Positions 53,036-64,000 of a stretch of DNA of 64,000 bases are shown one piece after another. Source of the stretch: Octopus vulgaris (taxonomy: Eukaryota); assembly GCA_951406725.2 (NCBI GenBank), contig OX597818.1, forward strand, positions 118,730,001 through 118,794,000, given 5' to 3'. The notes beneath the pieces are model-generated. The model ran no database searches. It was given only the letters and a program-made list of their open reading frames with translations, and was not told the DNA's origin. The first letter of the stretch is position 1. The number at the start of each line of letters is the position of its first letter. A program made the translations under genes and the position numbers.

Positions 53036-53256
53036 TAGGAGGGTGTGTTGATGTTTCTGGCTTTGAGTAAAAGAAATTACAGGATGATCAGTTAATTATG
53101 ATTTTATTCACCATATTCCCTCTCTAAGATTTACACGCTCGTTGAAGCGGTCCTTCAGTTTTTCTAAGCCCTGTTAAAGAACTAGGAAGGTTGTGCCTCC
53201 GACCAGGCATTTCAGGATACCTTTAAAGCCACGAACTTATCAAGCCCCACCCCGTA
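53036..53256. mobile_element. Mariner-derived MITE, second copy
   Basis: Collinear with 43897-44115. Confidence 0.75.
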
Positions 53257-53296
53257 TCATACATGCAATTGTATTCATATGAATATAAATATATAT

Positions 53297-53391
<95 letters not shown>

Positions 53392-53586
53392 ACATCTTTA
53401 AATATGAGAACTTTAATAATAGGTTTCTTTATATTCAATTGTTTATAGGGTTTATTTTAGATTATATATTGATTATATATAGATTATATATAGATTGTAT
53501 ATAGGTTATATATATTTATATTTTTCATTGATAATTTTATTATTTTAAACTTATATTTTAATATATTGATATTTTAGATCGAAAAT

Positions 53587-53629
53587 CCACCTGACGAATG
53601 TCATTGAAGACATGAAACGATTGTAGTGG
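53587..53629 (+). ncRNA. Canonical minimal type-I hammerhead ribozyme within a ~330-bp element (53391-53720) flanked by (TA)n
   Basis: ccac-CTGACGA-atgtc-attgaa-gacat-GAAAC-gatt-GTA-gtgg: perfect stems I and II, intact core, near-palindromic stem III. Confidence 0.85.
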
Positions 53630-53715
53630 CGGTTTATTTCTTTATATTAAAAATTTTTATGTATTGATTAAGTCTTTCCTTGTTTGTTTTGCAAAATGGT
53701 GGTTTTGTCTCGAAT

Positions 53716-53766
<51 letters not shown>

Positions 53767-53780
53767 TAATATATACATTC

Positions 53781-53816
<36 letters not shown>

Positions 53817-53868
53817 GCATTCATATATATATATATAGATAGACAGAAAGTAAAATAAATAGATAGAT

Positions 53869-53906
<38 letters not shown>

Positions 53907-54495
53907 CATATATATCTATGTATATGTATTATATATATACACGCATACACACGCACAGACGTACGCAAACACAAACCCATATATACCCATGCACACACGC
54001 TTATTTCGAGCAATGCTGGGTTTTTTTTCCTCACATTTTCTGCTATTCTACCTTGACAACCATCAAAACTATATTTAAATCCTTGAATGGTACTTCGAAA
54101 TCCCAAGCTGACATTCCTTGACACTTCATAATAATTCAATGTTATGTCAACGATACCAAGACATATCAATGACACATGCTCGTATTACATCGCAAATATT
54201 TGTCTATGTCAACCAAAGCTACAATATTACAACAAGAAACAGTTAGTGTGTATATATGGGTTTGTGTGCGTATGTGTGAGCGAGTGTGTGCGCGTTTATG
54301 TATGTGAGTGTGTGTACCCGGCGAGATTAAGCGTGACACACAGTGACAAGTGTGGCCCTTTGAAATACTGCTATTCTACCTTGACAACCATCAAAACTAT
54401 ATTTAAATCCTTGAATGGTACTTCGAAATCCCAAGCTGACATTCCTTGACACTTCATAATAATTCAATGTTATGTCAACGATACCAAGACATATC

Positions 54496-54730
54496 ACAAC
54501 GCCCGATCTGGGAATGGAAACCGCGATCCTAAGGCCGCGAGTCCGCTGCCCTAAACACTGGGACATTGCACCTCCTCTGTGTGGTATGTAGCTTGATTAC
54601 CAACCATATGGTTCCGGGTTCAGACCCACTGCGTTGCACCTTGGTCAAGTGTCTCCTACTATAGCCTCCGGCCGACCAAAGCTTTGTGAGTGGATTTGGT
54701 AGACGGAAAATAAATGAAGCCCGTCATATA
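54496..54730. mobile_element. SINE C head (minus, 54496-54575) back-to-back with SINE A 5' half (plus, 54576-54730)
   Basis: Matches 8572-8650 and 18029-18180 respectively. Confidence 0.75.
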
Positions 54731-54790
54731 TATATATAACGGTATGCTTATTAAAAGGAATCCGTGGGAAAACCCATTTAAATAAAAGAG

Positions 54791-55210
54791 TTGGAAACCA
54801 CTGTTGGGAACCACTGTGAAAAGGTTGTCACTAAGCCATGCGAGTGCGGTATTTCGTCTGCCTTTACGTTCTGAGTTCAAATTTCGCTGAGGTCAATTTT
54901 ATCCTTCGTCTTTTCGGGGTCGCTGAATTAAGTACAAGTTGCGTACTGAGGTCGATGTAATCGACTGGCCTCCCCAACCCACCAAATTTCTTGGAAACCA
55001 CTGTTGGGAACCACTGTGAAAAGGTTGTCACTAAGCCATGCGAGTGCGGTATTTCGTCTGCCTTTACGTTCTGAGTTCAAATTTCGCTGAGGTCAATTTT
55101 ATCCTTCGTCTTTTCGGGGTCGCTGAATTAATTTCCAGTTGCGTGATGGGGTCGTTCTAATCGATTAGCACCCTCTCAAAAAATTTCGGGCCTTGTAGAA
55201 AAGAATATTA
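54791..55210 (+). mobile_element. Two head-less SINE B units within a 200-bp-period duplication
   Basis: 54791-54931 identical to 54991-55131, including non-SINE flank; then divergent 3' parts. Confidence 0.8.
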
Positions 55211-55868
55211 TAAACGTGTGCACTTAATAGTTCTTATTTACATATATGTGCACCTGGTTTCACTGAAAAGATTTATAACCTTATGTAATAAGCATATGAA
55301 CTTTTTGCACTTATATGTAAATACAAACTGCACAGATTAAAAATACTAACGCAGGTTTAAATTTTAATGCAACTCTGTGTGTATATCTGAGTGTGCAGAG
55401 AGTTCGAATCGGCTCGAATTTAACATAAAGTTGGAGGGAAGGAACAAGCAATCTAAAACTGCCTCATTACCCAATGTTATTTTTTTTTTTTGGACCCAAA
55501 GGCCATGCGTCCTTATACACATACGTGTGTACGTGTGCGGTATTTCGTCTGCCTTTACGTTATGTCTGTTCAATCACAGGAACAGCGCTAAGGAGGTATG
55601 TATATAAATACAAGGTTATTACTAGTTCAGATGTGTTTGGGGCATCTTTGAACCCGTAAGAAAAGGCATTTGCTGTGTTTTTTTTCACGAGAAAATTTCT
55701 CGCAGAAGACAAATAGTGTAAAGACACCTATAATTGACTTTATATTTTTAAAGGTATATAGAATTATACAATACATGTATATACAGAGAGATAGAGGGAG
55801 AGAAAGAGTGGGACAGAGGGAGAGACAGAGACAGAGACAAACAGACAGACATATAAATAGATAGATAC

Positions 55869-55948
<80 letters not shown>

Positions 55949-56029
55949 AGGAGATTAAGTTACTTAATTTTCCTGATATTTTGATTCATGCCAGATTTTT
56001 TATAGCCAAGATGCTGCGATGATCACATT

Positions 56030-56317
56030 ATTCTGCTAGTCGGCTCATAAGGGTCGGTTTCCCGGTTTACTTGGCGTATAGGTTCCCCACCTGGACGGGA
56101 CGCCGGTCCGTCGCAGGTGAGCTGCAAGATGCAAGAGGAAAGAGTGAGAGAATGTTGTGGCGAAAGAGTCAGCAGAAGTTCGCCATTACCTTCTGCTGGA
56201 GCCGCGTGGAGCTTAGGTGTTTCGCTCATAAACACACACATCACCCGGTCTGAGATTCGAACCCGCGATCCCTCGACTGCGAGTCGGCTACACTAACCAC
56301 TAGACCATGTGCCTCCA
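56030..56317 (-). mobile_element. SINE family C-related subfamily
   Basis: ctggacgggacgcc...gaaagagtgagagaa...gagattcgaacccgcgatcc...ccatgtgcctcca. Confidence 0.8.
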
Positions 56318-56730
56318 CGGGATACATACATAAGGAACACGTATTCCCAACTGAGAAAGAGGTTTTTCATACTAGTTGAATAATTTGATTAGACTGACGA
56401 TAAAACACAGGCATACCGCAACATTCTTCGTTTCGTGTTACGGATATTTGAACTTTACGTCGTTTGTTAAAGAAATAAATTAATGGTAAAATTAAAACTC
56501 AGCTTCGATTGATTTATGCCGCTTTACGTCCGCTTCATGTTTAAAAGCATTTATTTTTAAAAAAACATAGCAACCAATACTGAAGTGAAAAAGAAACAAA
56601 ATACATGAAAATACGTACAAAATATTTACTGAAACAGATATAAGTTACATAAGCATTGGTTACGTCGTTTTCCGAGTTAAGTCGCATGTCTTGGAATCAA
56701 CTCTCAACGAAATTTGAAGTACGCCATTCC

Positions 56731-56942
56731 TTTACTCTCTTTTTACTCTTTTACTTCTTTCAGTCATTTGACTGCGGCCATGCTGGGGAACCGCCTTTAG
56801 TCGAGCAAATCGACCCCAAGACTTATTCTTTGTAAGCCTAGTACTTATTCTATCGGTTTCTTTTGCCGGTTACAGGGACATGAACACATCGGCATCGGTT
56901 GTCAAGCGATGTTGGGGGGACAAACACAGACACACAAGCATA

Positions 56943-56974
<32 letters not shown>

Positions 56975-56978
56975 AATA

Positions 56979-57026
<48 letters not shown>

Positions 57027-57160
57027 TACGACGGGTTTCTTTCAGTTTCCGTCTACCAAATCCACTCGCAAGCCTTTGGTCGACCCGAGGCTATAGTAGA
57101 AGACATTTGCCCAAGGTGCCACGCAGTGGAACTGAACCCAGAACCATATGGTTGGTAAGG
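56731..57160 (-). mobile_element. SINE family A, near full length
   Basis: Collinear with 10913-11290. Confidence 0.88.
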
Positions 57161-58295
57161 CATACAACTGCGATATTTGTCTCGAGAAAGCATGTCATAT
57201 AGTGGTATAGTGTTGAGAAATTTACAGCTTTACGAGATACATTCTTCAAGCAAATATCACTGTTTTACAGCTCCTTACAGTTTATCTTATCCCAATTCAG
57301 TAGGACATACAGAATATTCTTTTGAAATAATACTGCTTCTGTTACCACAACAAGCCTATTTAAATTATTGAATCTCACGCCCTTGTCAGTAACAAATCGC
57401 ACAGTTTATAAAGAATACGCCATGCTCTGGTATGTCATACGTTGATGGTGTCTCGGTCATGAGAATTTCGGTTAAAGTAAGGATGTTACTATTCTTATTT
57501 TCTACACTTTTCTGCAATCAGAAATTCGTATATATTTTTCATCTGCTATATTCACATTTGTGGAAGAGGAAACTTTCTACAGTCACGTCAACCATTGCAG
57601 CAATGTCGACAGATCTTTTTTCTCTCTCCTTCTTTCTGCTCCTCCTCCTCCTCTCTTTCTCAACTCATGTTGACATCTCTTCATGTCTATAAGATTTTGT
57701 CTATAATTTTTTGGAACACAAATCACATATCACTCAGTATTTATGTGATTCCCAATTCGCATCATCCCTGAATAGGAACATGAAGATATCAGAGACAGTC
57801 TCTCCCACAGATACGACTGTCAAGTAATATTTTTTTTGTTATGGCGCATTTCTGAAATGTCCGAGCTTTTTGCTTTCTGTTCTCATTAGACACAGGAATT
57901 CCAATAAATTCCATCAATGGGAATAGCTAATAATTTGCTTTATATCTACTTGTGAATGAATCCCATCTCAAATAGACCAGCAAATGGCTTCGTTCTTGAT
58001 CATTATTTTCACTTCTATAAACGTTGTAAATTGATGAAATCAGTTTGTAAATTGATAAAATCCAGAAGTATTCCGGTGTGAATGAAATATTAGGCATATG
58101 TTTTTCCGCTATTATATTTCCGGAAAGAAAATAAAAAGTATTCAATACGATTTTCCAGAAACTTAATCTATTTTGCCATCTTTTCATTATCATCATACAA
58201 CATGCTTGGATGCTAGGCACATTTAAAGAAATTTAATTAATTCCTCGATATGACTCACTGCAATTGGTTGTGCCTGTGTATGTGTGTGCGTGTGT

Positions 58296-58332
<37 letters not shown>

Positions 58333-60094
58333 TGTGTGCGTGTGTGTGTGTGTGTGAAGAAAACATCTAATTTAATGAGATAATATGAATGCTCTTCAAC
58401 TCTATCAGAAGATTCGAATAGGCATCAAAATTAACAACCTTTAAATACAGAATTTTTTTCTTTTGGTCATTGAATTGAATGTAGAAAACTCTTTAACGCA
58501 TCCATCTACGATCGTGATTTTCTCCTGAATTCGGTCTTAACATATACCCTAATCCCTTCTAGTAGGATTTTTCTGTGTAATACAACTGCTATAGGAGGAA
58601 ACATCACCAGCCCCAATTATTTGTTTCGAAGGAGAATATGAATGCGTATACACCCGGTCTTACTACCTGTTACACATAGCAACCACGTTGATCTCAAATC
58701 ATCCATCAGCGAGCTGTAAGACGGGAAAATAATGCTATATACTATAACATGACACAACTGTGTTTGAAAAAAAACGGGATGACCATCATTGCCAAATGAA
58801 TTAGAATAGAACTGTACTTATTGAAGGCTTACCAGGGGTTAAACAACAACCACTGTGGGAGAACAGCTAATATTTAAAATTTCATTAAATCCAATGTAGT
58901 CAATCACAATTTATTTATTAACAATGCAGTTTTGAAACAACGGCTGAATGCTTAAAGAAGTTTTAAAAAGCAATGCTTATTCTTTATGCTTGGTAATAAA
59001 TGTTGTATTTCAAATATATGCAGAGTAACCGACGCTAATCAATTGTCGATTCAACTTCATCTTTATAGTTGGAAAAACACTTTGTTTTTTTCCTTTATCC
59101 TCTAAGTCCACAAAACTTGGTATTCTAATTAACAATTACGAATGCAATACATTTCCTATTAACGCACGTTTTACATGAGTATAAATCACGTATATTTGTA
59201 AAGGTGTTCTTCGTTTCAATTAATGTTATTGGGACGTAAATTAGCTTTCACTGGAATTCACTAGTCTTCCAGTCATAGTAATTCATAATTAGAGAGAATG
59301 TTTAATGAAACATCGTTGTTTCAATTAGTAACAAAATTACGGTGATTAATTTTTTTTCTGATTTTTACTGATTGATCACTGAAAGTGATACAATTACATA
59401 CTTTTCGATAGACTACATTTAGGTTAAATCTTCTGCTTAGATATACCTTAGATGTTTCTTAGAAACAACTTAAAGAATCTTCATTGCTGTCGAACTATAA
59501 AGCCTACATTATTTATAAATGAATATCCAATATGACTACTAAATTATCCTTGACGAAAGCGGTAGCCCATTTATGAAAGTAGCAAATATTGTTACAATCG
59601 TATGCTTTCTTTATTTAAAATATAGCATCAAAGTAAGAAAGTCATCGGAAAGCGATAGAGAAGATTTATGAAGAACATTAATGGAATAAAAGTGATCACA
59701 TCTCGAAATTATTTTCAGAAAGAACAATGAAAAGCTTTCATACTGTATTACTTTGCTTAGATAGGAAAATGCATGTTGTATCATTCAGAATGCTTCGCCG
59801 ATCTGCCAGCAATTACGATATTTTCCCTAGAACCAATAGAGGAGCTTCTACACGGTCGATAAATTTGTCAAGAATAAAAGTCAAATGTTCCTCAAATTAC
59901 ACCATACTCTCTTGAACAAAAACTTGTACATTAGATAATTTAGTACTAAATATGTAACACTTGACAGAAGCACGGAAGCATCATACCTGAAAATCGTTTC
60001 ATTATAGTTTTGTTCATATAAGGACAACAGAGATCTGAACAGGAGCAATATATCCTCAGTGGTTGAGCTAGAGTATCATACCTTCATGATATTC

Positions 60095-60215
60095 TAGCAA
60101 TGCCATCACGCTTTAGGACCAGTTACTGCAACATCCTGGTTTTCAAGGGCTCACAGCTTTTTAGTATTCTCCCATAGAGTCTGAGGAACTTGCACAAAGT
60201 AGATGTAGGGGATTT
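60095..60215 (+). mobile_element. Small internal fragment of the CR1 family at 1-2800
   Basis: agcaatgccatcacgctt-aggaccag...gagtctgaggaacttgcacaaagtagatgta matches 2483-2594. Confidence 0.85.
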
Positions 60216-60773
60216 TAGAAACGCTGGAAATGAAAATCAATTTTTATTCACCGACCAATATATTGTGTTATTTGAATCAAAAAGTTTCGAGGATTTTGTA
60301 ATAAACACGTTAATTTGCTCCAGAAAAGAGAAACCGATGTACAAATTTGTAGCTTGACCTGTTATACATAACAGTCATGACACACATCTCCCTCAGTAAG
60401 TCATACCATCTTTAAAATTTGACTTGGTATAGGAGATATTGTATAAAGCAGACAAATTATTTACAATCATGAAAAAAAAAATCATGACGACCAAGGTGAG
60501 ATAGAACATTGTCGTGATTGAGCTAAAATATCATACCTGATCAGGTTAAAGCAACAAGTATAAAGATCACATCGAATAATTTCTTTAAATTTGAAATCCC
60601 CAGATTATCTTTTAAATGTTATATTGTAATGATATTTGAAGATAAAACAACTAGGAAGGGAAATTGTCGAAGTGCGACGAGAATATCTCTATTTAGCCGG
60701 AACCATTGTGAGTATAGAAACTTATACATATACAAACATATATTTTTAAATATATATAAATATATTCACACAG

Positions 60774-60806
<33 letters not shown>

Positions 60807-61235
60807 TACACACACACACACACATATTGTGAGGGATAAGGAGCTTAAACTTTATATAATACCCTTTCCACAAAATGAACGTTTTCGTTCCATCTCTCAG
60901 TTATTGCACATATGCTGCCCTTTCGAGTTTCTACACACAATCGCTTGTAGTATGTGTATGTGTGTGTGTATGTATGTGTGTGTGTGTATGTGTGAGTGTG
61001 TGTGTGTCTCAATGTGAGTGACTCTATGGGTGTAAGTGGGTGTATGCCTAAATATATACACATACATCCACAAATCCCAAGAGCTGCCTTGGCTTAAGCG
61101 AAAAGGTTCTAGGTTGGAATGCCTGGAACATGCTTGAAAACACCTGAGAATATATTAGATCTGTGCTTTTTTCTCTCTTTATATATATATGCGGATACAC
61201 ACACACACACGCACACACACACACATATATATATG

Positions 61236-61281
<46 letters not shown>

Positions 61282-62124
61282 CACATATATATGTGCGTAT
61301 ATATGTGCATGTTTTTATATATATATATATATATATATATACATAAGCATGTTTATAATTACATACACCCACATATATTTCCAGGTGTGTACAGTTATGC
61401 GTGTGCGCGAGTGTGTGTGTATGTATGTGTGTGTCCACGAGTGTGTATGAGTGTGTTTGTGTGTATGTTTGTGTGTGTTTATATATGTTTCCATTTACCT
61501 GGTGTGATTTGTACTTTTGTTATTTGTGCATCTTTTTTCATATTGCGAATTTCCGCATCACTCTGCACAAGAAGTATAAAATTTATATTTTCCGCTTTTA
61601 GCTATAAAATCAAGTTCTTCTAACCCGTTCATGGTTTAATGTAATCGTTTTTTTCGGCACTTATTTGGAGTTCTGATGCAGGGAGAAACAATGAACCACT
61701 TTCCACTGGCGCCTTGGGCAAACAGCTCTGTTGAATGTATTGAATCAACAATGTGACAATAACACCCAGGGAATATTACTGATAAAAATAAGGATACAAC
61801 ATATTTTTACATTTTAACTCATTTATTTTAAAACTCTAAAAACGTAAGGAATCTTCATATATAACGATGATAATAAACTACAAATCAGATTTTCCTAGTT
61901 TACCGTGTTGCAGAAGTTGATGGTACACATCGACCGTAATTAAATTGAAATTAATTGGTTCGTGGTTTATAACAGTAATTCAAAGACGGAATATAGCAGT
62001 TTTCAATTTACCCCATCAACTAAAGCAAATTTATATAAATATATTTAGGGAAAATATGTATATTTATATTTGTGCTTAAGAATTCTGAATGGTTAATTTA
62101 TACTTAGAAAGATTTAATATCTAT

Positions 62125-62460
62125 CTATGGCAAGTAAAATTCCCGAGATCCATGGAGGAATTCCCTCCACCAGTGTTTATCCCTCATCATTGCTATCATG
62201 TCCTGACTCCCTGATACCAATGTCTGTCCTTAGGGCATTAACATATGTCATCCTCGGTCTCCCTCTTCTATTGTGTCTGTGTAGGGGATCCCTAAGGAGT
62301 ACTGAGTGCAGTATCAACTCTGAATGACGGTGAGCATGTCCAGCTAACTTCAATCTCTTCTGTATTATTTTCGAGCTAACTATTAGGAGGATCTCGTACA
62401 GCTCTGAGTTTTTCATTCTCAGGGTATACTGATTAATGTTCAGAGCCATCCTCATCACAT
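62125..62460 (-). mobile_element. RTE-clade LINE 3' fragment
   Basis: MMRMALNI...NSELY...IQKRLKLAGHAHRH...RRGRPRMTY, typical RTE C-terminus. Confidence 0.8.
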
Positions 62461-63935
62461 TCTCGTGTTAATATAATTTGGCTGAAATAAAGATAAAACG
62501 TCCTTCACGTACGAGTTTTTAGATAAACGTTTAGCTTAATACACTCGTGTTGACTCTTTTTTTCTATTAGCTTTCTCTGAGTCTCCAAATGAAGAACACC
62601 ATATTAGTCTACAAGAAACATATCACGCTTAGACCTCACAGCTAGCTAAGAAAAAAAATGATTTGGTGTTCTTCTGTAAAAATGCGTGACACTTCAAGAA
62701 TCAGTGAAACACTAAAATTTCAGAGATGCATTTGCCTGGCAAGTGGTTTGATCTGAGAGCATATATTGGAACTAAAACATTTACAGCATGGAATATACAT
62801 ACCAGCCATTCCAAAACACATAAAGAATGTTAACGACACGGAAACGGTTATTATTTTGGCGTCAAAATTTTCTTTCCATCAACTGCAACCTGATCACTGG
62901 CACGATTCCAATGCATTCACCAAGAGGTGAATTACAACGAAACTATATTTACAATATATTTGTTTTATTATTTGAAAAAAGTCAAAAAATTTCTGCAGAT
63001 CTCAAGAAAATAAAAAAAACCAAAACAAAAATAAATAAATAAAAAATTGGCGTCCGGCCCAAGTTATGGAGGACAAAATATTCATTGGAGGGTGAAAAAG
63101 GGTGCTCAAATGTAGAAGGTCTGGCCACATTAAACCACGATTATCAATTTTTCTGTTTTGCATATTCTAATATATTCCAATTTTTTCGTAAGATTGTAGC
63201 GCGTTATTAGAGGGATATTTATGTTGCTTTTTTTAGCAGATCGATCAGTCACATAAAGACTTGCTCGTTCTACCCTGTTGCGAATGTTGGCAGTAGAAAA
63301 TATTGATAATGAGGAGCGGAATATGTAAATAACTTCTTATTGGTATTCTGATAGTCACCTTACTCTATACTGATCACTAAGACGAAACTGAGAAATGTTT
63401 TCCTGTTGTCTTTAGGAACAAAACAAGGAGATTAATCTTAATCTTCAAATTATAATTTTTTTCCTTCCTCCAAACAGATTAGGGACTAAAGAGAAAGTAT
63501 AAAGAAATAAAGCATATATTATCACATAGAATCATATGTCATAAACAGAAGATGTACAGGAATAATTATTATCCATATTCTACCAAGCAGCACTACTTAA
63601 TACGTGCACAGACCTATACGGAAACACACATCCTCAAATCCACACATTTACGCATCCGCACATCGACACATCCACGACAGGCACATCAAGATACATATCT
63701 TGTATATATTTATGTACATACACATGTGTATGTACGTACGTGTATATATGTGCGTATACATAAGTGCATATATATGTATATATATATATGTACATTTACA
63801 TGCATAGATATCTGCATATATAAACATACTTATATGCACACGCATACGTACACACACACACGTTTAAATGCATATATGTGTATATATATATATACGTGTA
63901 TATATGCGTGTGTATATATACGTGCATATATATGC

Positions 63936-63986
<51 letters not shown>

Positions 63987-64000
63987 CAATACTTATATGT

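Larger units (their letters stand above)
52635..54496. repeat. Local triplication of a unique-looking segment (52635-52873, 54015-54251, partial 54368-54496)
   Basis: tattcta-cttgacaacca-caaaactatatttaaatc...gataccaagacatatca(atgacacatgctcg...acagttagtgtgt) repeated. Confidence 0.9.

Noticed and set aside
63070-63140. Possible zinc-knuckle relic (KCRRSGHIK)
   Set aside because: Too short and frameshifted to support; may be a very old ORF1 remnant.

Overview
AT-rich animal genomic DNA, intronic or intergenic, saturated with microsatellites ((TA)n, (TG)n, (GATA)n, (CATA)n, (TAA)n) and transposon relics. The SINE repertoire and repeat texture look like an octopus (coleoid cephalopod) genome; that is inferred from pattern recognition, not from a search. 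No intact host gene is evident, and most ORFs in the track are microsatellite or antisense artefacts. Contents: a decayed CR1-type LINE (1-2800); at least four tRNA-headed SINE families with shuffled heads and tails; an ORF1-only L1/Tx1-like element (23530-25150); two mariner relics plus MITEs; a non-autonomous Helitron; a nest of R4/Dong-clade RLE retrotransposon fragments inside one (TAA)n tract (38550-42705); and Penelope-like (PLE) RT relics. Main hunt results: (1) about ten minimal type-I hammerhead ribozyme folds from several different short elements, mostly sitting in (TA)n, including a ~220-nt foldback carrying two divergent hammerheads (43612-43835); (2) a SINE that forms head-less tandem multimers joined at one fixed point and shares its tail with the ORF1-only element; (3) a SINE/CR1 shared 3' tail with compensatory stem changes; (4) a possible pseudogenised terminal exon with furin site and TM helix, ZP-protein-like (11975-12346).
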